64,000 bases of DNA from Octopus vulgaris (lineage: Eukaryota): contig OX597814.1 of NCBI GenBank assembly GCA_951406725.2, forward strand, positions 81,158,001 to 81,222,000, written 5' to 3'. This document shows positions 1 to 12,161 of the stretch, piece after piece. Made by a program: the position numbers and the translations under genes. Under the pieces are notes generated by a model. It was not told where the DNA came from, did not search any database, and worked only from the letters and a program-made list of their open reading frames with translations. Within the stretch, counting starts at the first letter, position 1; each line of letters begins with the position of its first letter.

Positions 1-1059
1 AAAGTAGACCAAAGTAGGTCTTTTGTGAGATATTTGCCAATATATATATTCAGCCATTCATTTATTAGTAAATCATCAACTAATTCATTGACCCCAATCT
101 CTTTCAGCAAAGTGTGGAGTTGGAAATATGAATGAATGTTACATTCTTTGTAGTTTTAGTTTTAATGAATGTAACATCAGGTCAAAAGATCTTTGAATTA
201 TGACTATAAATAGTTTTGCATTATTAATTTATTAACCGTTGTGAATTAGAATTTAATAACATGAACCTATTTATAGATGGAATGCTGGCCTGCAAACCAA
301 GGAAGCCTTTGAGTGGTTGCTCAAACTACTTGTAATAACAGTCATAGGTTTCTTTCATTTCTCATCCTAAATGGAAAATAAATGGATCATCATAACAACA
401 TTCACTTTTCCATGCTCGATTGGGTCAGACAGAATTCACTGAAGCAGATTTTCTATGGTTGAATGCCCTTCCTGTTTCCAACACTCACCTACTTCCAAGC
501 AAGGTAATATTTCCCTATGGCCAGACGTGTTTTTTCATGAAAGTTGTATGACAATCACATGATCTCAAGACAAGAGCACACTCAAATGCACACACACGCA
601 TGCATGTGCGATATGTTCCTGTCAGTCTCTCTACCAAATCCTTTCTCAAAGTTTTGTTATGTCAGCAAGTGAAGCTTCTGATTAGCTAAAATTTCATAAT
701 TTTAAAGGGTTATAACTTTTTTATTATTAATTTCTAGGAAAAAATTAGCATGATTTTTGTCATCAGTATGCAAAGGAACAGCAGCTGGCATTAGGAAGGG
801 CATCAAGCCATAAAATCCATGGCAAAACAAGCAGTGAAACCTGGTACAGTCTTCTGCCTAGCCAGCTCTTGTCAAACTGTCCATCCCATGTCAGTATGGA
901 AATTAGACATTAAATGATGATAATGATGACATCAGTATGAAAAAGTTGAAAAAAACTTGGTGGTTGGAATGAATTTAAAAGGATTCCTAATATGTTTGCA
1001 ATCAATTTGTCTTTTGGGCAAGATATATATATATATATATGTTCTTTCTTTTATTTTAT

Positions 1060-1395
1060 TCTCCTACTTGTTTCCGTCATTTTATTCTGGCCATGCTGGA
1101 ACACTGCATTTTAGTTAAAGATATCGACCCCTGGACTTATTCTTTGAAAGCCTGGTGCTTATTCTATCAGTCTCTTCTGCTGGACTGCTAAGTTACAGGG
1201 ACGTAAACACACCAACATCAGTTGTCAAGCAATGGGGGTGGAGACACACACACACATATACATACAACAGGCATCTTTCAGTTACTGTCTACCAAATTCA
1301 TTCACAAGGCTTTGGTCGGCTCGAGGCTATAGTAGAAATTACTTGCCCTAGAACCATGTGGTTGGGAAGCAAGCTTCTTACCACACAGCCATGCC
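1060..1395 (-). mobile_element. SINE family A copy
   Basis: Reverse complement of the 8413-8825 element, with an internal deletion. Confidence 0.8.
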
Positions 1396-2960
1396 TGTAT
1401 ATATATATCATCATCATCATTTAATGTTCCTTATATACGAAAAACATGTTGAAACATGAGTAATAATGGTAATAGTAGCATACACATTAGGCTGGCAGAA
1501 TCATTTGTGAGCTGGGCAAAATGTTTCGCAACATTCCATCCACCTTTATGTTCTGATTTCAGATTCCAGCCAGGTTTAATTCTACCTTTGAACATTTTGT
1601 GGTCAATAAAATATGTACCAGTTGAGCACTGTGATTGATATAATCCTCTGAAATTGCTGGCCTTGTGCCAAAATTTGAAACCAATATATGCATACACATG
1701 TGTATATGTATATAATCAACATCATCATCATCTTTATTTTGTATCCACTTTCCATGGTGGCATGGTTTGGACTGGTCTTCACATTCTAAGTCAATTCCTA
1801 GTTAGAATGACTTCTCTTGTAAATGGATCCAGTTCAGGAATGGTTTCTGTTAATATTTATAAGAGTAAGTAGGTGATTGCTGTGACCCCCCCCCCATACC
1901 TGATTGGTACATTATTTTATCGATGCCAGAGGGATGAAAGGTAAAAATTGACTACAGTTGGGTTTGAACTTGGAATGAAAAGAGCCAGAAGAAATGCTGC
2001 AAGGTATTTTGTCTGATGCTCTCACAATTCTATCAGTTCAGTGATTTCTGACTTCAGCACAAGGCCAGCAATTTTGACAAGTGTGGGTTAGTCAATTACA
2101 TCAACTCTAGTGCTTCACTGGTTCTTTATTTTATTGGTACTAGGACAATTTGTCCCCAGTTATTTCATCATTGGTTAAGCTGTCCCTCATCAATTCATCT
2201 GCAGGTCAGTTTGTCACTGGCCAATTAATCCCAAAATACTCTTAAATGTGATTTTCGAGTTTAGAACAATCACTTTAGAATTAAAATTGTCATTGGACAG
2301 TTTTAGATAGATTTTTCCTTTCTTTGCCCCACCCCCCTCTCTCTCTCTCAAGTATCTGCACTGAACAGTTTACGAACAAAAATATTCAAGCAAATCGAAT
2401 TAAATTTATTCAATACGCCTACCCATCAACATGACTACCTGCAAGATCTTAACTTCATATAGATACATATATACACATATAAAAAGAAATGATTCTGCCA
2501 TCTCACTGCCTAATAATAATAATAATAATAATAAAGTTGTTTCTCCAGTGTGCTACCATGTTGCAACTCAATATTTTTTTTTGTACAACTACCTGCATTG
2601 TGATATAAAATAATATCATACTAATAATACTATTGTTATTACTACCATTACTAAAATCATCCTTACTACAGTGTTCACTGCTCCTCCTACTACTACTGCA
2701 TGTTGTCCAATAACTTATCATCATATGTATGTTAAAATTTTATATGTTCACCCATTGATTTTCCTCCAATAAATCTAAAATATCAGTTAAGCTTTCAAAA
2801 ATACAGCAATATCATAATTTCTTTATTATATCCTTCTCCGTTTGTGTCATTTTGTGTCTGTAGATAAAAAAATACAGTTGTATAAATATGTATATATGTG
2901 GTCATGTATATGGACGCCAGCATTTATGCACATGTACAGATATACACAGATATATATGTG

Positions 2961-3016
<56 letters not shown>

Positions 3017-3221
3017 TGTGTATGTGTCATCATCATCGTCATTTAATGGCTGTTTTCCATGCTGGCATATATAACATACACACATATTTACATATATATA
3101 TTTGTATTTAAAGCTCTACATAAAGTTGTGTTTTATATGTATACACATACATACTTGTAAGTATATATGTATACTTGTTTATGTACCTACATGCAGATAT
3201 GCATCTTCTCTAAGTTCATAT

Positions 3222-3545
3222 GTGTCTGTCTGTGTGTGTGTCTTCTAGGATCTCGGGCATCCTCCATCCGATTGCGCTCAAATTTGATATGTAGATACTG
3301 ATGGTATCATGGCATGTATAAGTCTTGAAAAAGATTACAAAAATCGATTCCAGGTGAGAATGCAATTGATAAAGCATTCTTTGGAATAGAAAAAATGTCT
3401 ATCTTTATTTCTTCTTTTGCTGGTGTCTCAAACTTAGGTTAAATCAGTGTTTCTCAAAGGGGAGGCCTATGGGACGGTCAGACAAGTTGTTTTGAGAAAA
3501 TTTGGTTTAAATGTTTGACAACTCAGCACCGTCCATTGAACGTGG
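3222..3545 (+). mobile_element. Helitron/Helentron-like non-autonomous repeat, copy 1
   Basis: TGTCTGTCTGTG microsatellite followed by TCCGATTGCGCTCAAATTTG, a DINE-1/HINE-like layout. A highly similar inverted copy lies at 27700-28072. Confidence 0.55.
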
Positions 3546-4766
3546 TGGGGGGGGGGGGGGGCTTTTGCTTGTATATATATATATATAATTGAATATATGC
3601 ATACAAGCAAACGTATACTTACATGTATAGACACCAACATGGCTATAGGTGCTTAGCTGTGTGTGTTAGAAGTTTCACTTCCCAAGTACTTGGTTTTGCA
3701 TTCAGTCCTGTTTTGTGGCCCCTTGGACAAGTGTATGTATACATGCATGCATGCATATATGTATACATACATACATACATACATACATGCATACATACAT
3801 GTGTGAGTGTATGTTTGTGTCTCTTTGTCATTGTAAATAAGTATCACTGTCAAGTAAGCAGTGTCATCCATTTCCAAAGTTCTGCATAAGCATATCTGAC
3901 CATGAGGAAATATTACCTTGCTTGGAAACAGGAAGGGCATCTGACCAGAGAAAATCTGCCTCAATAAATTCTGATTGACTCATGCACACATAGAAAAGTG
4001 TGTGTTGAAAAGATGACAATGATGTGTGTGTGTGAATACAGACACACATGCATATACATGTGTATAATCATATATACACACACTCCATGTACAATGTTTC
4101 TATTTGTTTATAAAGAAATTTTTTCCCCAACTTTTCTCCACTTTAGAAACCAGCATTTTTAAAGAATCTTTGCATTTACACCTCTTAAAAAAGTGATTTA
4201 AAAAAAAATGCACCACCATTATTATTATATTGTTGTTATTTAGTAATTCTTGTAGAGAGATCTATAGAAATTATGCCATATTTGTTGTTCTTGTTGTCAG
4301 CCATGGATGCACACATTTCAAAGAGTTCCATTTAGAAGGTATTTTCTTTAAAAATTATTTTATGTAAAAAGTAAAGCTGTGTTACTTTTATTCATTTTAC
4401 CGACAAAGGTCTTTAGAGCGTTTAAATATCTATCCCATTACTCTGGAACAGAAAAGAAAATTTGTCCTTACTTTCATTCTATGTACATATTTTTCACAAG
4501 CAACTATTTTTCTTGGTTTATTAATGGTTCAATATGGCTACCTCAAGAGTAATGGAAGGCGGTCTTAACCATACAAGTAGTAGCAGCAAATGCTCCACCC
4601 AAAATGTTTGAAAAGAAGAGCCTATTTGAAAAGAAGGTTAACAGAGAAACGGTATACAGTAATCCCTCACCATATCATAGTTTGCCTATTGTGGTCTATT
4701 ATTTAAGCTTACTTTGATTCCTTTATGGTGTTGTTTTGTATTTATAACAAAATAAATATATACAAA

Positions 4767-4980
4767 GGAGGCGCAATGGCCCAGTGGTAGGGCAGCGGAC
4801 TTGCGGTCGGAGGATCGCGGTTTCGATTCCCAGACCGGGCGTTGTGTGTGTTTATTGAGCGAAAACACCTAAAAGCTCCACGAGGCTCCGGCAGGGGATG
4901 GTGGTGATCCCTGCTGTACTCTTTCACCACTCTAAAGGCGGTGCTCCAGCATGGCCGCAGTCAAATGACTGAAACAAGTA
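4767..4980 (+). mobile_element. Young chimeric tRNA-derived SINE (head of one family, tail of the dominant family)
   Basis: CpG-rich tRNA-like head GGAGGCGCAATGGCCCAGTGG...GGTTTCGATTCCC (A and B boxes). From ~4931 it switches to CTAAAGGCGGTGCTCCAGCATGGCCGCAGTCAAATGACTGAAACAAGTA, the tail seen at ~8755-8803. Confidence 0.8.
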
Positions 4981-5013
4981 CAAAAAAAAAAAAAAAAAAA
5001 AAATTATAAAAAT

Positions 5014-5331
5014 GTGGAGGCGCAATGGCCCAGTGGTTAGGGCAGTGGACTCGCGGTCGGAGGATTGCGGTTTTGATTCCCAGACCAGACGTTGTGTGTG
5101 TTTATTGAGCGAAAACACCTAAAGGTCCACGAGGCTTCGGCAGGGGATGGTGGCGACCCCTGTTGTACTCTTTCACCCCAACTTTCTCTCACTCTCTCTT
5201 CCTGTTTCTTGAGTAACACTGAGATGGACTGGCATCCCATCCAGCTGGTGGGGAACAGATATGTCACAGAAACCGGGAAACCGGACCCATGAGCCTGGCT
5301 AGGCTTGAAAAGGGCGCATAAATAAATAAAT
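5014..5331 (+). mobile_element. Young, apparently full-length tRNA-derived SINE with a 12-bp TSD
   Basis: Same head as the 4767 copy, (TAAA)n tail, and TSD AAATTATAAAAA at 5002-5013 and 5332-5343. Confidence 0.88.
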
Positions 5332-6384
5332 AAATTATAAAAACAATAATATTGTTTCTACCTAGTGGTTTTTCACCTATCACGGTGGGGTGGGGGACGT
5401 AACACCCATGATAGTCAAGGAATTACTGTAATGACAAACTTGGTTATTAAGACAAGTAGTGCTGTATAAGTGAATATAAAAGTTTGTATTATTAACAAAA
5501 CACCAACAACAGCAAATCGTTCTTTGCAAATGTTCTTTGTCAAAAGAAATTTCTTGATATGAGTTAGTCCAAGAAGAGGGGTAAAGTATGGACAAGGTGT
5601 GTCACAAAAGGCAATGCCACTTTGTCCTCCCTCTGCATTTATCCAGGAAAATAAACAGAGTAGGTTTGATATGCCTTCAGGAGAGGAATATGGAGCATAA
5701 GGAAAATATGAGCTTGACTTTTTAAGACCAAAGACATAATGAAATGACAAGCAGAATTGTGCACCACATACACCTGCCCACGTTCATACTGGAGTAAAAG
5801 AAATATAAGGTCTGTGGCCAGAGATATCAGCATGGATATTCACTTTTGGCTTCCGTTCATCAGTAAGAGGACAGAAGATAGCAACAACAAATGCAGACTT
5901 CAGAAGTGAAGATTGTGGCTGCAGCTACCAAAATCAGCTCATATTTTGTGTCACCAGTACCAGTAGCTACCAATGACCCAGATGCTGAGAGGTTTCCACC
6001 TATAGCATAGTACCGAGAGAGGCTTTGAGCTGAACTATGTCCCTATTGTGTTGTGGCAATAAGAAAGAAATAGTAACTGAGGAAAGGTGAGAAACCTTGA
6101 AAAGCAGTAAAAAAAAAGGAAGTTGAGTTTAAGAAAAAACCAACAATGTACCCAAACTAAACAAAAGTAAGTGGTTGAAACTGAAAGAAGTACTCATTCC
6201 CTCTGCACTGTCTGAGATTTATACTTATGCAAAATGTCAGCAATAAGCAGATTGATTTGCTAAATAATTCTAAGAATGGCAGAAATGCTATGTTGATTGA
6301 AGCGCAAATGATATCCAAAATTATTGAAACACCTTGATAGACAATAGGTGAAAAACCTTATCAATATTCTATAAACAATATAAA

Positions 6385-6575
6385 GTAGTGAGCTGACAGA
6401 ATTGTTAGCTGCATTTTGTCTTCTGGTTCTGAGTTCAAATTCTGCTGAGGTCGACTTTGCCTTTCATCCTTTCAGCATTGATAAAATAAATACCAACTGA
6501 GTACTGGGGTCAATGTAATCGACTTACTTCCTCCTTTGAACTTGCTGGCCTTGTGCCAAAATTTGAAATCAGTAT
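6385..6575 (+). mobile_element. SINE family B (representative copy)
   Basis: GAGCTGACAGAATTGTTAGC...GAGTTCAAATTC (B box)...GACTTTGCCTTTCATCCTTTC...GATAAAATAA...GGCCTTGTGCCAAAATTTGAAA. The central part recalls the Meta/MESC SINE domain (from memory). Other copies at ~1488-1685, 12215-12425, 13088-13295, 18078-18265, 26128-26345, 26368-26590, 33395-33610, 38730-38940, 39500-39665, 42490-42690 and 53845-53960 (+), and ~1870-2045 and 14235-14440 (-). Confidence 0.78.
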
Positions 6576-7769
6576 TCTATAAGCAGTTAAAATACAACTG
6601 CCAGAGGGATGTTGGAGTTATTTCACCTTAGGCAATACAAACAGTGCTCACAGACTCATTCAGAGATACCAAACCATAGTAGAAGATTGTTGGATTCATG
6701 ATATGCCCTAATTCTGCCTTGGTAGCAGCTTCTCTCTGCTTTATGAGTGAGTAGCCCTTATTCGTTTTGTGTACTGAACTTTTTAATCTGTCTTCATATA
6801 TTACATTTCAGTTTATCACATCCTATATTTCTTGTAAACTTTTGCATGCATAAGCCAATAAAAGAAATCATTATTTCTATTATTATTATTGTTGTTGTTG
6901 TTGCTTTCAGATAAATGTCAAAATTTTCCTTTCTACTAGCAATCAGATGCTAATTTCATTCAACTTTTCTTGGTATAGAAAATTTTTATCTCTTGAGTCA
7001 TCAATGTCTTCATTCCTAGTTCACAGTGAACTTATAGTTCTCATCATTATAATAAAAGTACCAGGTTTGTCTATTTTTATACTTCTATATTATAATGTAA
7101 CACTTCTGCAGCTACTTCTCCAGTTATCATGCAAGAAGAGAGTGTGTATGGGTCATCATAGTTGACATCAAAGGGAGACAATTCCGTGATCAACTTTCTA
7201 ACACGCATATATTTTCCCTTTGTGAATCTAAAGTTCTTTATATAAAATATGAAAATATGAATTATTGCTTTCAGTTTTTTTAAATCCTTTGTATAATTTT
7301 TCTACACAAGATAAAAAAAGTACACGTTGAACAGTGTAATTCAATTGAAATTCAGGAAGTCAATTTAATAACATTCAACAGCTGATTCAGGAGATGGAAT
7401 CTTTTAAAAATAGATAGAATGTGTTTGAAGCTGAGATCTAGTTTCCAATTCACTATTGCTATTTCAATAAAATCCATTATTTTTCATTAATACCATACAG
7501 TTTGGTTATTCACAGCAGCTAATAATGGCGAACACTACAGAGTACTTTTATAATTGTTATAGGGCACACTTATCAACTTTTGTAATTGTTGCTGTTATCA
7601 ACTTTAATCAAAGGCTTTCCAGCTATGACAATCTCGTGAGTAGCTAGCACTACATTCTCTAAAGTGTCCTTCACATATTTATGATGGAAAGGTGATTTGA
7701 GAGAGAATTGACTGCTACTTCTAGCAAGTTGAGTGACAATCTAAAAGTTACTTGATATCTTTCATCTTT

Positions 7770-8085
7770 CATCTGTTTCAGTCATTAGACTATTGCCATA
7801 CTGGGGCACCACCTTGAATTTTTTTCTCTTTAGTCGAATGAATTGACCCCAATTTTCTTTAAGCCAAACTGCTAAATTGCAGGTATGTAAACAAAGCAAC
7901 ACCGGTTGTCAAGCAATGGTGAGGGACAAACACACACATACATTTATGACAGGCCTCTTTCAGTTTCTGTCTACCAGATCCACTCACAAGGCTGTGGTTG
8001 GCTTGAGGCTATAGAAGACACTTTCCCAAGGCGCCATGCAATGAGATTGAACCTGGGAAGCAAGCTTCTTTCCTCACAGCCATAC
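7770..8085 (-). mobile_element. SINE family A copy
   Basis: TGTTTCAGTCATTAGAC...GGGAAGCAAGCTTCTT matches the reverse complement of family A. Confidence 0.75.
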
Positions 8086-8328
8086 ATATTTTTTTCGTTT
8101 TTATTTTGCCACATGTTCTGTAATGATTCAATCTTTTGTTTTAACATTCACAGTATCGTATTTGTATCTTATTTTTTTTACATTATATGCTGTTTGGTTA
8201 GGAAGTTTGCTTCTCAACCACATGGTTTCAGGTTCAATCTCACTGCTTAGCAACTTGGGTGAGCATCTTCTACTACAGTCCCAGGATGACCTATGTTTTG
8301 TGGGTGTATTTGAAAGATGTCTGTTATA

Positions 8329-9241
8329 CAGGCTGTCCCAGAATTAACTATCTATATCAATGAAATTGGGTAAATTTAAAAAACACTGACAGAATTTTAT
8401 GTTTCTTACTTCGCAGGAGTGGCTGGGTGGTAAGTAGCTTGCTAACCAACCACATGGTTCCGGGTTCAGTCCCACTGCGTGGCATCTTGGGCAAGTGTCT
8501 TCTGCTATAGCCCCGGGCCGACCAATGCCTTGTGAGTGGATTTGGTAGACGGAAACTGAAAGAAGCCTGTCGTATATATGTATATATATATAAGTGTGTG
8601 TGTATGTGTTTGTGTGTCTGTGTTTGTCCCCCTAGCATTGCTTGACAGCCGATGCTGGTGTGTTTACGTCCCTGTCACTTAGCGGTTCGGCAAAAGAGAC
8701 CGATAGAATAAGTACTGGGCTTACAAAGAATAAGTCCCGGGGTCGATTTGCCCGACTAAAGGTGGTGCTCCAGCATGGCCGCAGTCAAATGACTGAAACA
8801 AGTAAAAGAGTAAAAGAGTAAAGAGAATTATGATACTAAAACAAATTGATTTATAAATCTTATGTCAAAACATTATTGAAAATTTTCAACATATGCTTCG
8901 TTTGTATCCCTGCAAATTTCAAAAATATCCTTAGTGTTACAAAACACCTTTTGAAACATTTCACTGCTAACTGAATGCATCCTTTAAGTTCAGCTAAATA
9001 ATTGTTCCATTTTGAGGATGGAGGTGGAGAAAATGATTGCAGCCAAACTGGAAAAAAGTTGTTATTGGCAGATAAAGAGGGATCCAACATGAATGAAAAT
9101 AAGATTATTAAAAAATTATAAACAAAATTAAAAGTTTATACAGTTTTAACACATAGTAGACATGATAGCCATAAATAAAAGTGAGTTTTTAAAAAATTGT
9201 CTGAATTCACTGAAATAAATAGTTAATTCTGGGACACCCTA
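8329..9241. mobile_element. Non-autonomous Tc1/mariner element inserted into the TA tract of an older SINE
   Basis: TIRs CAGGCTGTCCCAGAATTAACTAT and ATAGTTAATTCTGGGACACCCT with TA flanks. SINE head at ~8185-8325 continues as body and tail at ~9242-9465. Confidence 0.8.
8413..8825 (+). mobile_element. Dominant tRNA-headed SINE (family A, type-1 tail), near full length and young
   Basis: A box (GGCTGGGTGG), B box (GGTTCAGTCCC), CORE-like CTTGGGCAAGTG, internal (TA)/(TG) microsatellite, and tail ...GACTGAAACAAGT(AAAAGAGT)n. Many copies in the window. Confidence 0.88.
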
Positions 9242-9484
9242 TATATATATATATCTGTGTGCATGTGTGCATCCTTGTCTTGACATCACACAATATTTGT
9301 AAAACAAATGTCACCATCATACAGGTAGTATCTTGTAAAAGTATATTTAGCCAATGGTATTACTTGTTAACATATTAGGGTTGGCAACAGGGAGGGAATC
9401 TAGCTGTAGAAAATTTACCTCAGGGAATTCCTTCTGACCCATGCAAACATGGAAAAGTGGATACCTTTTTATTTTTTATCTGTT

Positions 9485-9840
9485 ACTTGTTTCAGTCATT
9501 AGACTGCAGCCATGCTGGGGTATTACCTTGAAGAATTTTACTTGAATGAATTGATCCCAATACTTATGGGGTTTTTTTAAACCTGGTTCTTATTCTGTCA
9601 GTCTCTTGTGCCAAGCCACTAAGTTATGGGTTGTGGGACAAATAGAGACTAAAAGACATGCACACACACACACACACACACTCACACATGATGGACTTCT
9701 TTTCAGTTTCTGTCTACCAAAAACACTCAAGGCTTCAGTTGCTTGATGGCTATAATAGAAGACAGTTCCCCAGGGTGCTATGCAATGGGACTGAACCTGG
9801 AACAATGTCATTGGGAAGCAAACTTATTACCACACAGCCA
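9485..9840 (-). mobile_element. SINE family A copy
   Basis: Reverse-complement match of head and type-1 tail. Confidence 0.8.
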
Positions 9841-11454
9841 ATCTTGTACCTATAAATGTTAAAATAATGAAAATAAAGATGATAGTGATGAAGATGACAA
9901 CATCCAATTTTCCTCTCATTTCAGTCCTTTTACTTTTAATTTTTTTTTAACGTCTTTTATGATTGAAGGATGTTTTCAGCTTGAGATCTGTAAAAAAAGA
10001 TAGAAAGAAACATACTGGGTTCAGTGAGCTTGTTGAGTGGAAAGACTTTTCAAAAACCTGGGATTTGTGGGAAAACAAACTTAACTGAAAGGTTAGGATC
10101 CTTGGTACTGTAAATGTTTGGAGACCAGTGCATTAAACTGCAAGTCTGCACAATCAGACTAAGATTAAATAACAACAATACATTCACTGTTCTACAGAGT
10201 TGATATCTTCTGGACTTTGCCCATAGTTATTCAGAATATCTTCTCTGATAGAGAGACAATTGGCATCTATCAGTTGGTCTGGCAGCTGCTAGTCCACAAT
10301 TTATAGTTTACCAAAGTTCATGAATCTTATTTGTAATAGTTTTATCAGGATATTTTCAGCTCACTATTTTTATTGTGATACCAAACGATTATTTATGCTA
10401 TTTTCTAGATTATCTGTGTTTTTTATTGAGAATGCTGCATAGAAAGTGATTCACCTTGAGTTCCAATTTCAAGCACTCCTTTTGTGACAAGTTGTCTTCA
10501 GTTCTTCTAGAAAGACAACTAGTGAACACCTCTTCTTTTACACACTACCCATTGAGAACAGCTTTGCATGCAACAATAGTTCATTTCCTTTACATACTAT
10601 GAACAGTTTCATTATTCATTTGTTTGACTTAAATTTTTCCATGCTAACATGGGTTATATGGAGAGTTACTTGAGACAGAATTTTAGACTGGGCCTGGTGC
10701 AGCCTCCTGGCTTCCCTGACCCCGGTCGAACCATCCAACCCATGCTAGCATGAAAAGTGGACGTTAAACGATGATGATGATGATGATGATGATGCTCTTC
10801 CTGTCACCAATCCTTGCCTGTTTATCAAGAAAGGAATGTTTTTATTCTTGTCTAGAGGATTTCAAAAGGGCAGATCATTAGTCACAATGTCAACATCATC
10901 TGCTTCACTCAAGTAGTGACAAGCATGTTTTTTGCAGTTCCCATCTACCAAATTCACTCACAAGGCATTTGGCCAGTCTGGGATTATAATAGAAAATAAT
11001 CAAAAAATCTCAGACAAATGCATTGTTGCCAGCAAGTGATTCTAGTGTGTTCTTCTGTTTGAAAGTGGGGAATCTTTTCTGAAATATTTTTAGGATCATT
11101 AAACAATACAATATTATTTCTAATTATTTCTATTAATGGTATTGTTATACAATACCATTTCTCTTTGTCTTCATTCACTGATGTCACCTAACATATCTTG
11201 TCTTACTTCTCAGCTGCATTGCTCAATGACTTTTTCAAGCATTTATTTTATTTGTACATGTTGTAATACTTCAAGCTAATTTCAATCCTCTTTTGTGTTT
11301 GTGTGTGTGTGTGCGTATGTATTTACTTATTCATACTATGTATTTCATCTGCATTTATTTTATATAAATTTTTAACATTTTAATATGTTGTATTTTTTTT
11401 ACCAACCCACTTAATTCTGTGTGCACATTTTATTATGTCTTGTAAAGCATGCCA

Positions 11455-12161
11455 GGGTAAGTGATACTAGGATAACTCATTCCCCGGACAACTCCTACCT
11501 GGACAATAGATATCTAGGACAACTCATAACTGGTATAAAGTGATAAAGATTTAATTTTAAAAGAAAAATGATAAATAAAATAACCATACACACACACAAA
11601 TACATACACGCACACACAAGCATACACACACAAATATACCACACACATACACACCACATGCACACACACAAACACAAACACACACCACACACACACACAC
11701 ACACACATACACCACACATGCACACACACACATACACCACACATGCACACACACACATACACCACACATGCACACACACACAAATACACACCACACATAC
11801 ACCACACATACACAACACCCGCACACACAAATACACACCGCATGCATATACTCTACTCAAACACAAATACCCACCACACACACACAAATACACACATCAC
11901 ACACACACAACACAAATATGCACACATACATACACATCACATGCACCCATATACACACCACACACACACATGCATCCACATACACTCACCACACACACAT
12001 ACACAAATACACACCACACACGTGCACACACACATACACACACACATACATGCAAAATTTCTTTCAAAATTAAATCTTTATCACTTTATAGCTGTTATGA
12101 GCTGTCCTAGATATCAACTGTCCAGGTATGAGTTGTCTGAGAATGAGTTGTAAACAATCCC
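11455..12161. mobile_element. Foldback element with ~95-bp inverted arms around a degenerate (CA)-rich core
   Basis: Left arm ~11472-11567 and right arm ~12058-12151 are reverse complements (e.g. TATAAAGTGATAAAGATTTAATTTT / AAAATTAAATCTTTATCACTTTATA). The arms are built of ~15-bp GGACAACTCATACCT-like subrepeats. Confidence 0.8.

Larger units (their letters stand above)
4657..5428. mobile_element. Tigger/pogo-like MITE carrying two nested SINEs
   Basis: Imperfect TIRs CAGTAATCCCT... and ...AGGAATTACTG, flanked by TA at 4655-56 and 5429-30. Confidence 0.7.

Noticed and set aside
2180-2210. CTGCAG|GTCAGT as another recursive site
   Set aside because: The pyrimidine tract is weak and it lies inside a 15-bp periodic repeat remnant.
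4767-4840. Possible tRNA gene
   Set aside because: The tRNA-like segment continues into a repeated body and tail, and the sister copy has a TSD, so it is a SINE head.
5430-6330. Complex, coding-looking sequence, possibly a host exon or LINE ORF1
   Set aside because: No long open frame or recognisable motif. Probably a decayed retroelement, but I cannot classify it.
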